This document shows, piece after piece, positions 27,365-37,616 of a DNA stretch of 64,000 nt (the first letter of the stretch is position 1; every line of letters starts with the position of its first letter). This stretch comes from a virus. The stretch lies in the IMG/VR virus record IMGVR_UViG_3300046786_000748, positions 40,994-104,993 of that record; one strand, 5' to 3'. The translations under genes and the position numbers were made by a program. Below the pieces are notes generated by a model that saw only the letters and a list, made by a program, of their open reading frames with translations, was not told the DNA's origin and ran no database searches.

Positions 27365-30300
27365 TTACACAAAATTGACTACCGAAAACCCGTTATCCTT
27401 CTTGATTTCAATTTGTTTATCTACCATATCCCTCAATACGTCAAGGTGAGATATGATGATTATAAAATCAAAATTGGTCTTCAGGAACGCAAATAACGTC
27501 TGAACGGAAGGCATATTATTAGCATCAATAACGCCAAAACCTTCATCTACTACCAAGAAATTTGGACGTGGTAGGTTTGATACATTGACTAATGCTACAC
27601 GAATTGCCAATGAAGACACAAACTTTTCAAACCCACTGGCCATTTCTATAGGCCATCGTTTGTCGTCATAAACAATATACGGAGTTACACTCTTGCCATC
27701 AGTTTCAATAACAAGATGGAAATCTACCATTTGAGTTAAGATGTTGTTTACTTCACGCTCAACTTCCGGAACAATTCTTTGAATAACCATATATGGCAAC
27801 CCATCTCTATTTACGGATTTTACATAAAGAGAATAAGCCTCATATTCCTTTTCCAACTTCTTGACCTTTTCGATAGATTCAACTATCTGTTGAATCTGAG
27901 TAGTCAATACAGCCATCTTATTATTGACTTCTTGAACTCGTTTATTTTTCTGACCAATATTGAAATCTAAGTTTTTGATTTCAAGCTTTAACTTATCAAT
28001 TTTCAACTGAATGTCTTTGTTGGATTCAATCGTTTTCAATTGTTTGTTGTATTCATCAAGGTCTCTCTTTAAAGATTCAATTTCTTTTTCGTGTTTTTGA
28101 ATCTCCATTTGTCCCAACGAAACCGTCCGTTCCCATATGGAAACTTTATCTTTTACATTATTCAACTCTTTAAGCAACTTGGAATATTCCGTTTGAATTT
28201 CCAATATCCAATTCAAAGAATCAAGTTCAAACTTTAATTTGTTTTTCTCCTCTAAAGCATTTTTTACTATAATCTTGTCAGCTTCAAGCTCGTCATTAAG
28301 TTGTTTCTGTTCATCTGCTACTGATTTGTTTCTACTGATACAATATTTACAATTTGAATCAAATTCATGTTTTTTTAACGATTCTCTTCTAGAAACTTTA
28401 CTGCCGACTTCAACTTTTTTAATGCCAAGATGACTTTCCAATTTGTCTAATTCTGACTTGATTTTATCGTATTTCTTACGATTGGTTTCAAAATCTCTGT
28501 CTTCTATTTCTTTAATCTTCGACTTTAAAGAATTCACCGTTCCATCAGATGCAGATATATTAGCCTTAGTTTCAAATATAACTTGAGAATCGGATCCCCG
28601 GCGTTTATTCAAATCACTAATTCTTCTATTTACATTATCGACGTTGATTGACATGTATTTAGATTCAACAGGTTTCAATAAACCAATTTGAACCATAAGG
28701 CTTTCATTAACCTCTTCTCTAGAAAAAGTTAACTTAGACAATTGATTGGTTTCATCGTTAAAAACTTGAGTCAAAACCGACAGTTCATTTTCAAAAGCAA
28801 CTTTTTTGGATTCAAGGTCATCTTTTTTATAAAGCTTTAATGAAGCTCCTACAGACTTTGATTCATCCGAAGCAACTTCCAACAACTTATCAAACAAAGT
28901 AAGACCTATAAACTGGGAAAGCAAATCCTTTCTTTCGCTCTGTCCCATATCAATAAAAGAAGAGACGTTTTTTCCAGATTGAACCGAAAGAGACGTAAGA
29001 ATGAAATCCTCATAAGAACCAACAATCTCTTTTATAACATCATTTGTATTCCGTCTTGCTTCACCATTCAATTCTATGTCTTTGCCACCTTCTACTTTCC
29101 AGAATTTAACATCAACTTTGACATCACCCTTTCTGTTGGCAAGACCTTTTCGTTCAATGAAATAATCCACACCATTGACTTCAAAGTTAAACTTACATGA
29201 AAAGTTGGATTTTTGAACATTCAACACGTCTTTGGCTTTATAACCTCGGTCGAACTTATCGAAGATACAAAATGACAACGCTGAGAAAACACTTGATTTA
29301 CCACAGGTGTTTGGTCCAAAAAGCCCCATTACATCTTTGGTTTTCGAAAAATCTATGACATTGGCTTCGCCATAACTGAACATATTAGAGAACTCAAATT
29401 TCTTGGGTTTCCATCGTATATTCCTAGATAAGTTATCCTTATCTACTTTGGTGTTTATGTTAGTGTTAATAGCCAATACCGAATCTACAACCGATTGATC
29501 AACGATTTTACACTTCTCCTTCAAAAACTCAGCAAGCAATTGATTTTGATAAGTGACATCGGCTATGTCCGCTAGATTTATGTTAGTAGCAACTTGTAGT
29601 TTTTTCTGGTCTTCATCGGACGGAACTCTTCCATAAGAAATTTCATCTATTAGAGACGACTTCTTGATATCAGCCACTACCGCTTTTACTTCGGAAATTA
29701 CAGATTCGAAACATTTAACGTGAACCCTAGCCTTCTTTGGAATGTTTGTTAAATCCGTAACCAACTTTCCTTTGTTCACTTCAACAGTAAAAAAACCATA
29801 ATCGTTTGGTATATTCGTATGAACGTATTTTTTAGTAGACAAATCCCACAACGAAAACCCATGACCATCAATTGATTCGCCGTGATTCTGTTGAATCATT
29901 GAACCTGGATAATGAACTGCTGGTTTAGATAAGAAACTCTCATAATATTGAAGGTCTTGTTTTTTATGAATATCTCCCAACAAAGCTATATGATGCCCAT
30001 CGAAAACCTCAACAGGCATTGCTTTGTTTACCATATAAAACCCTAAATCTGTCAAAGCAGAATTAACAGGTCCGTGATAAAGAGCTATGTGATGTAAATA
30101 TTCATTTTTGTAGTTTTGAGGAATGTCGGCGTAAGAAAGATAATCTTCCGGTTCCGTAAAGACTGACATGTTATTAAACAAAATATCTCCGATAGAATAC
30201 AATCCGTTATCTCGTAAATAAAACAACCAAGGGTGGTTTAACGCTCCGACAATTGGAGTTAAACTATCCAATCGATTTCTGTTAGTCAGAGTAGCATCGT

Positions 30301-30577
30301 GATTTCCAGCAACAAGAACGGTTGGACGAATTTCTGCACAATTGAAAAGAAATTCTCTTGCAGATTGAACACACTCAGGACTCAAATCAGATTTATTATG
30401 AAACAAATCTCCCAAAACTGCTATCAATGTTGTCGTAGGCGTCTTCTTTACCTCTTCATAAAACTTGTTAAAAACTTCTGTATATTCATCATGTCGTTTT
30501 GTTAAACGGATGTGAATATCAGCCACATGAACAATGTGAGTAAACTTTTTAATGGAACACTGTAATTTGTTAAGCAT
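27365..30577 (-). CDS. Fused SbcD-SbcC (T4 gp47-gp46, Mre11-Rad50) nuclease-ATPase
   Basis: N-terminal DIH, GDLFH, GNHD, GDIH phosphoesterase motifs; GPNTCGKS Walker A; coiled coil with CKYC hook; ASGFE signature; VVDEGFG Walker B; ISH. Confidence 0.92.
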   Translation of the reverse strand: MLNKLQCSIKKFTHIVHVADIHIRLTKRHDEYTEVFNKFYEEVKKTPTTTLIAVLGDLFHNKSDLSPECVQSAREFLFNCAEIRPTVLVAGNHDATLTNRNRLDSLTPIVGALNHPWLFYLRDNGLYSIGDILFNNMSVFTEPEDYLSYADIPQNYKNEYLHHIALYHGPVNSALTDLGFYMVNKAMPVEVFDGHHIALLGDIHKKQDLQYYESFLSKPAVHYPGSMIQQNHGESIDGHGFSLWDLSTKKYVHTNIPNDYGFFTVEVNKGKLVTDLTNIPKKARVHVKCFESVISEVKAVVADIKKSSLIDEISYGRVPSDEDQKKLQVATNINLADIADVTYQNQLLAEFLKEKCKIVDQSVVDSVLAINTNINTKVDKDNLSRNIRWKPKKFEFSNMFSYGEANVIDFSKTKDVMGLFGPNTCGKSSVFSALSFCIFDKFDRGYKAKDVLNVQKSNFSCKFNFEVNGVDYFIERKGLANRKGDVKVDVKFWKVEGGKDIELNGEARRNTNDVIKEIVGSYEDFILTSLSVQSGKNVSSFIDMGQSERKDLLSQFIGLTLFDKLLEVASDESKSVGASLKLYKKDDLESKKVAFENELSVLTQVFNDETNQLSKLTFSREEVNESLMVQIGLLKPVESKYMSINVDNVNRRISDLNKRRGSDSQVIFETKANISASDGTVNSLKSKIKEIEDRDFETNRKKYDKIKSELDKLESHLGIKKVEVGSKVSRRESLKKHEFDSNCKYCISRNKSVADEQKQLNDELEADKIIVKNALEEKNKLKFELDSLNWILEIQTEYSKLLKELNNVKDKVSIWERTVSLGQMEIQKHEKEIESLKRDLDEYNKQLKTIESNKDIQLKIDKLKLEIKNLDFNIGQKNKRVQEVNNKMAVLTTQIQQIVESIEKVKKLEKEYEAYSLYVKSVNRDGLPYMVIQRIVPEVEREVNNILTQMVDFHLVIETDGKSVTPYIVYDDKRWPIEMASGFEKFVSSLAIRVALVNVSNLPRPNFLVVDEGFGVIDANNMPSVQTLFAFLKTNFDFIIIISHLDVLRDMVDKQIEIKKDNGFSVVNFV

Positions 30578-30581
30578 AATT

Positions 30582-31526
30582 TTATGTATTCATCTTCATC
30601 GAAATGATATCAGAAAACTCTATAGTCCTTGTAGAATTTATTTCCGAAGTCGTCTTTTCAAAACCTAAACTGGACGGATCATGTCCTCCCAACTTTATCA
30701 AACTAACATCAATACCTTGGTTGCTAAGATAATTAGAAATCTCCAATGCGTTTTTTACAGCATCATCATCAAGACAAACATTGACTTTACAGACATCATA
30801 TTCAAATATTGCCTCTTTCAAAGACTGCGATATTATCTTACCAAACAATGGAATCGCATTTCTTCGTATAGATATAGCGTCAAAAACACCTTCAACCAAA
30901 GTGATTGGTTCATTCCAATTGATATATAATTCGAAACCAATAAAATCTTTCGACCAATCGGGAGTTAAATATTTCAAATAGGACGAATTTAAAAAATCTC
31001 TGGCGGTGAAGAAATTCAAATCACCATTGGCATCGTAAGACGGAACCACAATTCTGTTTCTATACTTACCATCCTCACAATAACCTATATTGTACCGTAA
31101 AATATCATCCCTAGTTATGTTTCTATTTTTAAGATACCTAACCGCATGTTTGTAACAAATCGAATTTGATGGAACAGCAATACTCAAAAATTCATCTGGT
31201 AGTTTTAGTAAATCTTGTTCTTTCTTTACTCTACCATAATTCGGTTTAAAGTGTTCGCCAATGATGCCATACAGTTCTTTGTATAAAGCAGGTGAAGCCT
31301 TGAGTTTCTTAAACAGAGTCTTGAAACTCTTTCCCGATTCACCACAAGCAAAACAGTTATACTCCGCTGTATCAAGATTAATTCCAAACTTCTTACGAGA
31401 TACGTTATTGATTGCCTTATGAAAAGGACAAACATAAGTAACTTCAAAATCAGAAGTTTGTTTACCTTCCTGTTTGAGTACTTTGTTTAAAAGAAAAGTA
31501 AGTTTAGATTTCTGTACCAAGTCCAC
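30582..31526 (-). CDS. DNA primase
   Basis: CPFH...CFAC zinc finger, YL..R.I, RIVVP, TOPRIM LVEGVFDA and CLDDDA; GTG start. Confidence 0.9.
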   Translation of the reverse strand: MDLVQKSKLTFLLNKVLKQEGKQTSDFEVTYVCPFHKAINNVSRKKFGINLDTAEYNCFACGESGKSFKTLFKKLKASPALYKELYGIIGEHFKPNYGRVKKEQDLLKLPDEFLSIAVPSNSICYKHAVRYLKNRNITRDDILRYNIGYCEDGKYRNRIVVPSYDANGDLNFFTARDFLNSSYLKYLTPDWSKDFIGFELYINWNEPITLVEGVFDAISIRRNAIPLFGKIISQSLKEAIFEYDVCKVNVCLDDDAVKNALEISNYLSNQGIDVSLIKLGGHDPSSLGFEKTTSEINSTRTIEFSDIISMKMNT

Positions 31527-31567
31527 AACTCAAGATTATCAGAAAGAGACACTTAAAACAACTTTTA

Positions 31568-31969
31568 TTATTTTTGGTTGCGGATTCTCAAATTTAAAAC
31601 TTCGTTGTAATATTCTAAACTAAACAAAGCGTTTCTATCGACAATTTCTTTGGTTTCGTGATAAGCTAACAAAAGTTTTGAGGGGTGAAATGATAAAATA
31701 TCAAACTGAAAGTTTTCTTTACCAAGAGTCTCTATATCCAAATTGAGTTTCGGAGATGAACCGGTGTATTCTTTCCAATCGCTCTCAACCTTATAACGTC
31801 TAGCATTGACACGTCCTTTCAGGGGTTTTCTCTTCTTTTTATTCTCCAGTAACTTTTTACCAACATATTTTCGGCTGTTGGTTTTGTTAGTGATGATATA
31901 AACAAACCCCAAAGAACCTTCCGGTATTATTTCTAAATTATTTGGTAAATTCCAATGTCCTGTATCCAT
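31568..31969 (-). CDS. Short GIY-YIG nuclease
   Basis: GFVYIITN...RKYVGKK, W..Y.GSS, E, YYN; lacks a long DNA-binding tail. Confidence 0.8.
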   Translation of the reverse strand: MDTGHWNLPNNLEIIPEGSLGFVYIITNKTNSRKYVGKKLLENKKKRKPLKGRVNARRYKVESDWKEYTGSSPKLNLDIETLGKENFQFDILSFHPSKLLLAYHETKEIVDRNALFSLEYYNEVLNLRIRNQK

Positions 31970-31979
31970 ATAAAGTAAA

Positions 31980-32010
31980 TAGGACGATATACTTTACTAT
32001 CGTCCTATTT
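31980..32010. terminator. Hairpin terminator
   Basis: aggacgata...tatcgtcct inverted repeat in the intergenic gap. Confidence 0.6.
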
Positions 32011-32032
32011 TAATTCTACAATGTTGTTAAGT

Positions 32033-32272
32033 TTATGGTTTATACTTCTGTGTAGTGTGACCACTTGCAGCAGCAGTATTTAATGCCTTATCGCTAAACG
32101 TCTCAGGAGCAAGACCAGAGGGGGTCTGCAATACTTTATTTTGATGACCAAAATCGATGGGTTGTTTCTTGACCTCCTTTGCGTCAAAAGCTCCTCCTAC
32201 TTTTTGATTGGCATATCTCTCCTCTAATGTCATTTCAAGAGAAGGTCTTTCAGTTGGCGTTTGTATTGGCAT
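32033..32272 (-). CDS. Small late hypothetical protein
   Basis: 79 aa ORF with TATTTATT upstream (32291-32298). Confidence 0.7.
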   Translation of the reverse strand: MPIQTPTERPSLEMTLEERYANQKVGGAFDAKEVKKQPIDFGHQNKVLQTPSGLAPETFSDKALNTAAASGHTTQKYKP

Positions 32273-32301
32273 AATAGTGTCCTATCTTATAATAAATATG
32301 G

Positions 32302-34803
32302 TTAGAAATCTAATTTCACTACAAAATTGATTGGAAAATCTTGAGCGAGTTTAATTGGACTTCCCAATTTAGCTACAGCAACTAAATCCAATCCGTTGTA
32401 AAGTCCTATGGACGTAACATATGGAGCTAAATAAGAACCCGTCTTATCAGCGTTGGATTGAGAAACATAAGTTAAGAACTCGTCTTTGATCAAAGGTGCT
32501 TTGTTTCGTTTTGTTCTACTATCCAAGTGGTCTATAATATCACTGAACAATTTTCGTTTGGAATTTGGCGTTATGTAAGATTGATAATTAACTTGGTTTA
32601 ATCTATTCGAACAATATTTCCAGAATATCTTCATATCATTCAAATCAATTTTAGAATCTTGGTTAAAATCAAATTCATAAATACCAATATTATTTAGTAT
32701 GTTGAAGAAAGACTGAGAAATATAATCATCTCCTGTGTTATAATAAGAACTGTTAGCCGATTGGAAATTATAGAAGGAAATTTCATCATCTTCTGTAAGC
32801 AAAGACGCACTCCAATTTGATGTAGGTGTTGTGTTATATCGCGTGTTTATATTTTGCATATAACGAAGAATAACATCCAAATCTTGCCAATCAAAATAAC
32901 CGTTCCCATTTATATCAAACAGTGCTCTTTCCCAAGTTGTCGCAGATGGGTTTGTGGAAACATTGAACTCTCCTGGTTCAACTGTACACACAATTTGTTT
33001 TTCGTATAAAGTCTGTTTGCTATCAAAATGAACTTCATATTCATAACTCCATTCACTAATAGGATTGAACCACATTCCTTCAAAAACGGACCCTGATGTA
33101 TTCAATACAACTTTACCATTTCTGTAAAATACATTACCTACATGAAATTCGTCACGAAAATTATTCCAGTTGTAAATATACGTTTTTCCAGCTAAATCTT
33201 CTAACTCCAATAAGTCATTACCAATAAAACTAGCGGTGTTAGTAATGTTTAGTTCTCTATTATCATCATAAATTATCAAAGGAGCACCAACAACCAAGCT
33301 CTTATCAGTTAGAGCAACATCATATCCAAATCCTCTGAATGGTGCTAAATATCTCTTTTTACGTTGATATACATTAACAACATCCCAATCCAATGAATCT
33401 ACTGACGATGTATCTTTTTGCATCAAAATAACTTGCCCATGAATGTAATTTTCTAAATCTGAATAACAATAATTTTGTTGCCAAACAGAACCTTCAATAT
33501 AACAAGAATTTATAGTTTCGACGTTTGATTTAGGACATCCAATAAGACATTTGTCGTCCCATAAATCAACTGAAAATCCCATCTTGTTATTCTTCAAAGT
33601 TTTATCGTTTCCGTAAAACTTTTTAACTAAACTCCATCCTCTAGTTGTATTGGAACATCTATGATATAGATAACAAGCACCTTGTTTGTAAGCTCTTGAA
33701 CCGGAATACTCATAAATCCATCGGTCTGTAGGAGCACCAATAGCTATATCATTCCCCCACAAAGCCACAGAGTTTCCATAACCATCTATTGTATAATCTT
33801 CACAACGGGGTATAGGATTTACATCATAAAACGGAAGATATCGTAAAGTTCTATCTGCTTCAAAAGTATTTTTTTCCTTCCAGTTAACACCATCAAATTC
33901 AAAGAAATAAGCTTTACTACCAGCAGTAGTTTTATTTCCATTGCCCACAATTAAACTTGAACTATATGATTGAGTAGCTTTATTCAAATCCAAAGAATAA
34001 CCAAAGTAATCTCCAACAGCATTTGAACTTCCTGTTATAGTTTGAAAGAATGTAAAATTAATGTTTTGAGAGTTTCCCGGCTCATCTCGTCTGTATATAT
34101 GAACTCCTCCCAAAGAGTTATTCCAATCAGGAGAACCTACTGCTAACCATTCATCATTAACAGAAACGCAAAAACCAAAACTTCCTGTGACCGGTTCATC
34201 CACAGGCGGTTGAATGGCTTGTGATAAAAACGCTGAACCGGTTGAAATATACCCATCTAATGCACTTGAATTAAGAAGTGTTAAGTTATAGATGTCTACA
34301 GAAGAACCTGTTGCAAAAATTTCTTTATCAGAAATGTTTATGTAATGATTGTGCCATCTACTACCCACTGCTAATACATTGTTATAAACATCTATAGCAT
34401 GTCCGTAATCGTCTTCATATGTAGACGTATAAGATTGTGCATCTATTTCAATCTGTAAATCTCCAAGCAACCATTGATACCAATATAAATGAACATAAGG
34501 AGTTCCCCACCAATGAACAATTGGTATCCAATAATTTTTGACGGTATCCGTATGAATTTCCGCCGAAGAAGTATCTTCTGCTAATACAACAAAATCTCCG
34601 CCGTTTATTGGTTTGTATAGAGTAAGAAGTAAATCGTGTTGGTCGGTTAATGTATTATATTTGTAAACATCAACTGAACCTGTTCTCCAAAAAGAAGCAC
34701 TATTCGTATCATATTTGAATGAAGAAGGATTTCCAACAACAACCCAATCGTCATGAGTGGTTACTGCGTATCCATTATTTTCATTTTGAACATGTACTAA
34801 CAT
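32302..34803 (-). CDS. Baseplate/tail protein with FG-GAP-like propeller and paired EF-hand/dockerin-like motifs
   Basis: Repeats FG..V.....LAVG(S/A)P; DINGNGYFDWQD and DFNQDSKIDLND; C-terminal PYVTSIGLYN..LVAVAKL..P. Confidence 0.7.
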   Translation of the reverse strand: MLVHVQNENNGYAVTTHDDWVVVGNPSSFKYDTNSASFWRTGSVDVYKYNTLTDQHDLLLTLYKPINGGDFVVLAEDTSSAEIHTDTVKNYWIPIVHWWGTPYVHLYWYQWLLGDLQIEIDAQSYTSTYEDDYGHAIDVYNNVLAVGSRWHNHYINISDKEIFATGSSVDIYNLTLLNSSALDGYISTGSAFLSQAIQPPVDEPVTGSFGFCVSVNDEWLAVGSPDWNNSLGGVHIYRRDEPGNSQNINFTFFQTITGSSNAVGDYFGYSLDLNKATQSYSSSLIVGNGNKTTAGSKAYFFEFDGVNWKEKNTFEADRTLRYLPFYDVNPIPRCEDYTIDGYGNSVALWGNDIAIGAPTDRWIYEYSGSRAYKQGACYLYHRCSNTTRGWSLVKKFYGNDKTLKNNKMGFSVDLWDDKCLIGCPKSNVETINSCYIEGSVWQQNYCYSDLENYIHGQVILMQKDTSSVDSLDWDVVNVYQRKKRYLAPFRGFGYDVALTDKSLVVGAPLIIYDDNRELNITNTASFIGNDLLELEDLAGKTYIYNWNNFRDEFHVGNVFYRNGKVVLNTSGSVFEGMWFNPISEWSYEYEVHFDSKQTLYEKQIVCTVEPGEFNVSTNPSATTWERALFDINGNGYFDWQDLDVILRYMQNINTRYNTTPTSNWSASLLTEDDEISFYNFQSANSSYYNTGDDYISQSFFNILNNIGIYEFDFNQDSKIDLNDMKIFWKYCSNRLNQVNYQSYITPNSKRKLFSDIIDHLDSRTKRNKAPLIKDEFLTYVSQSNADKTGSYLAPYVTSIGLYNGLDLVAVAKLGSPIKLAQDFPINFVVKLDF

Positions 34804-34806
34804 AAA

Positions 34807-35550
34807 TTACCAAGGTTGACAGTTAACAGGTGATAAATAACTGGATGTACTTGAACTACCATAATAACTTCCAGTTACTCCTGATTGACGAGACTCAATA
34901 TTAGTATAATAAAATTCACATACAGAAGATGTTTCTGTCGTATTAACTCTGTTATAAAACTTTCTAACTTCTTGAACTCTTGAGAAAAGGTTTTCTTTAG
35001 CAACTATGTTTCCTTTACCATCATCTACTATTTGAAAATTATCATCCAAAGCATTGTCAATTAAAAGAATTGTATTTTCCAACATCTTTTCACCAAAGTA
35101 GTTTTTGGGAATTGTAAAAACTCTAAATTCATCCGATAAAAATTTCTTGATATTAGATGTTTGAAAATCTATATTTTCCATACCAAACATTTTTGTCGGA
35201 TCATTCCACTCATTATAGAAAGCATTCTTAATCTGAGTGTAAACAAGACGCTTATATGTTCCTGTGTTATTCTTCGGATCGGTTTCGCTGAACATTCCTT
35301 CACTCTTTTTACCTTCATCGTAAAGAACATTATCAGGATCTTGTTGTTCCAAAGCAATATTACATTCTCGATTTAGAATTGGAAGACCATCGCCGCCTTC
35401 ATAATCAATGAATTCCTGAGAAACAAATATTTCTTGTGGTTTTTCTTCTACTAAAACCAAATCTTGATTTTGAAAAGACGTAAGAACCCAGGGTTTTGTA
35501 GCAACAAAAGGGATATTTTGTATATCGTTTCTCTTAAAGTTCTTAATCAT
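34807..35550 (-). CDS. Putative baseplate/tail structural protein
   Basis: In structural operon; IP...FGEK and IVDDGKGNI motifs; TATTTATA at 35557-35564. Confidence 0.6.
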   Translation of the reverse strand: MIKNFKRNDIQNIPFVATKPWVLTSFQNQDLVLVEEKPQEIFVSQEFIDYEGGDGLPILNRECNIALEQQDPDNVLYDEGKKSEGMFSETDPKNNTGTYKRLVYTQIKNAFYNEWNDPTKMFGMENIDFQTSNIKKFLSDEFRVFTIPKNYFGEKMLENTILLIDNALDDNFQIVDDGKGNIVAKENLFSRVQEVRKFYNRVNTTETSSVCEFYYTNIESRQSGVTGSYYGSSSTSSYLSPVNCQPW

Positions 35551-35577
35551 CTACAGTATAAATATACAGAGAGTACA

Positions 35578-35612
35578 AAATAAAAATGACCTTAAACAGG
35601 TCATTTTTATTT
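35578..35612. terminator. Hairpin terminator
   Basis: aaataaaaatgacct-taaac-aggtcatttttattt. Confidence 0.7.
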
Positions 35613-35632
35613 AATTTGTTACCCCATTCCTA

Positions 35633-36898
35633 TCAAAAATCCAATCTGATCTTAATCAAAAGTTCGTTTTCAAACGATTTAACTGCTGGACGACTTAGTT
35701 TAGCAACCGCAACTAATTCATTTGTATCATTATACAAACCAATTGTTGTGATATAAGTTCTTGGATCTGTATAAAACTCTTCATTTCTAATAGTACCAGC
35801 CGTTGGTTTAGTTCCGTCAATTAAAGTTTCTGTTCCATCATACACATAAGTAGGATTGTTAGAAAAATTAAAATCACGATTCTTAACTCTCACGAAATAA
35901 TGTTTCGAAGGAACATATTCGCTTTTACGAACAACCATTGACTTCTGAGAATGTCTGATAGACCAGAAAAATACTTGAGTATTGTTTTGATTTCCTAAAT
36001 CGGCATCCAGTGTAGAATTCCATCCAACATCACCATCATTCAAAGCAGAATAACCCAACCCTGGGTTCATACCATCACTCTTGGAACCTGTCCAATAACT
36101 TGCAGAAGGTGGTTCTGCAAAATTTGCACCATCGCTGTTAGTTACAAACCTATTGGCAATAGTATTATTTGTTGACGACAATCCACCTTTATACCCCAAC
36201 AATTCATTTAATTTAGAAGCATTAAATACAACAATGCCATCGTTTGGATAAAGCAATCCAATTGCGTTATAATCTGGTCTTGATCTAGGAACATTAGCAA
36301 GAGATCCTGTTACCAATTGATACACCGATTGGACTTTTCCTGTATAGAACGAATCGTCTATAAAAGTCATCACCGTGTTGGTGCCATTAGTAGCAGCCAA
36401 AGAAATTTCAAACACACCTTCATCAATTTTATCTTTGGTTTTGTATGTAGAAAAGTTAACTACATAGATATCTTCAGCGTTTACTTCCGTACTTCCTGAT
36501 TTCATGGTAAACCTACCATCCAAATCAGTATTTCCTAAAAGTAAATTCTTGTATTGGTTATAAATTACTTTTGTTGGAAATGCTTTGATTGATCCTGTTT
36601 CGAAATCAAATGATCCGCTTCCACCAACATGTCCATATGCTATAGAAAAATATGGTTCCTTGTAGGTATTCTTATAAACCAAACTTGGATAGACATCGGT
36701 GTAGTACAAAGTCTTTCTTATGTCATATGGAGAAGAACCAAACGCTGTGGAAGGAGTTTGTGTGTTTGATAATTCCCAGAAGTTACTTTCAAAAAAGCTT
36801 GATGTCCAGTACGTGCTGCCGTCAGGCCAAAATCCACTGGAAACTTTTGTAGTCCTTCCTTCTACAATATCAGTTGGGTCAAATGTTTTGAATATCAT
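35633..36898 (-). CDS. Baseplate/tail structural protein, C-terminus paralogous to 32302..34803
   Basis: FNFSNNPT...TYITTIGLYND.NELVAVAKLSRP...IKIRLDF. Confidence 0.7.
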   Translation of the reverse strand: MIFKTFDPTDIVEGRTTKVSSGFWPDGSTYWTSSFFESNFWELSNTQTPSTAFGSSPYDIRKTLYYTDVYPSLVYKNTYKEPYFSIAYGHVGGSGSFDFETGSIKAFPTKVIYNQYKNLLLGNTDLDGRFTMKSGSTEVNAEDIYVVNFSTYKTKDKIDEGVFEISLAATNGTNTVMTFIDDSFYTGKVQSVYQLVTGSLANVPRSRPDYNAIGLLYPNDGIVVFNASKLNELLGYKGGLSSTNNTIANRFVTNSDGANFAEPPSASYWTGSKSDGMNPGLGYSALNDGDVGWNSTLDADLGNQNNTQVFFWSIRHSQKSMVVRKSEYVPSKHYFVRVKNRDFNFSNNPTYVYDGTETLIDGTKPTAGTIRNEEFYTDPRTYITTIGLYNDTNELVAVAKLSRPAVKSFENELLIKIRLDF

Positions 36899-36911
36899 AT
36901 TTTTCTAAAAT

Positions 36912-37550
36912 TTAGCTTGTTGGAACAGTGACAGTCACTTCAATGCTTGTCGAACCACCACTTTCATTTCCAACGATGGTTAGATTAGTCGTAGTAGTTT
37001 TGCTCAAAGAACTGTTAGGAACAAATCGGAATTTTTTACCAACCGCTACTTGAGCAGATGTTGTCTGAACATCACCGGCAAACGTTGGAATGGTATTTGA
37101 AACAGAATTGACAGCGTTTGTTTCTTCAACAATCAAAACCCCCACGTTTTTGTTTCCAAGAATAGCTGTATATCCAAGAGTAAGGTTGTATGCTGGGTTT
37201 GTGGAGGGTGAAACAATAATCTCTCCCGTATAATCTCTAGATACCGAAATCTTATCTTGAGCAATAGTGATTGTTGGAATAGAAGTTACACCTTGGTTTA
37301 ACGTAACAAGTTTATACTTCATTGTTTGCGTTTCATCAGACAATGGTTCAAAGATTGGTGTATTCCTCAAAGCGATATCATAAAACGCACTGCCGTTTGG
37401 ATGATCTGAGTTATAAAGGCTGTAGTCGATTTCGTCATCGGCTAAAGCAAAAGCGGTGATATTCAAATTGCCGTTCTTAGCAAGCAGTTCACGACCTTTT
37501 TTGGTCAAAATTGCGTCCACCGTAATAGTTTGATTGTCGATATATGCCAT
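36912..37550 (-). CDS. Baseplate/tail structural protein
   Basis: VDAILTKKGRELLA..ITAFALADDEIDY N-terminus; Ig-like C-terminus. Confidence 0.65.
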   Translation of the reverse strand: MAYIDNQTITVDAILTKKGRELLAKNGNLNITAFALADDEIDYSLYNSDHPNGSAFYDIALRNTPIFEPLSDETQTMKYKLVTLNQGVTSIPTITIAQDKISVSRDYTGEIIVSPSTNPAYNLTLGYTAILGNKNVGVLIVEETNAVNSVSNTIPTFAGDVQTTSAQVAVGKKFRFVPNSSLSKTTTTNLTIVGNESGGSTSIEVTVTVPTS

Positions 37551-37616
37551 AAACTTACTCTTATTTGGTTATCTTAGTTATAAGTATCAATGTATCCGTG
37601 AATTTTTACATTTTAT

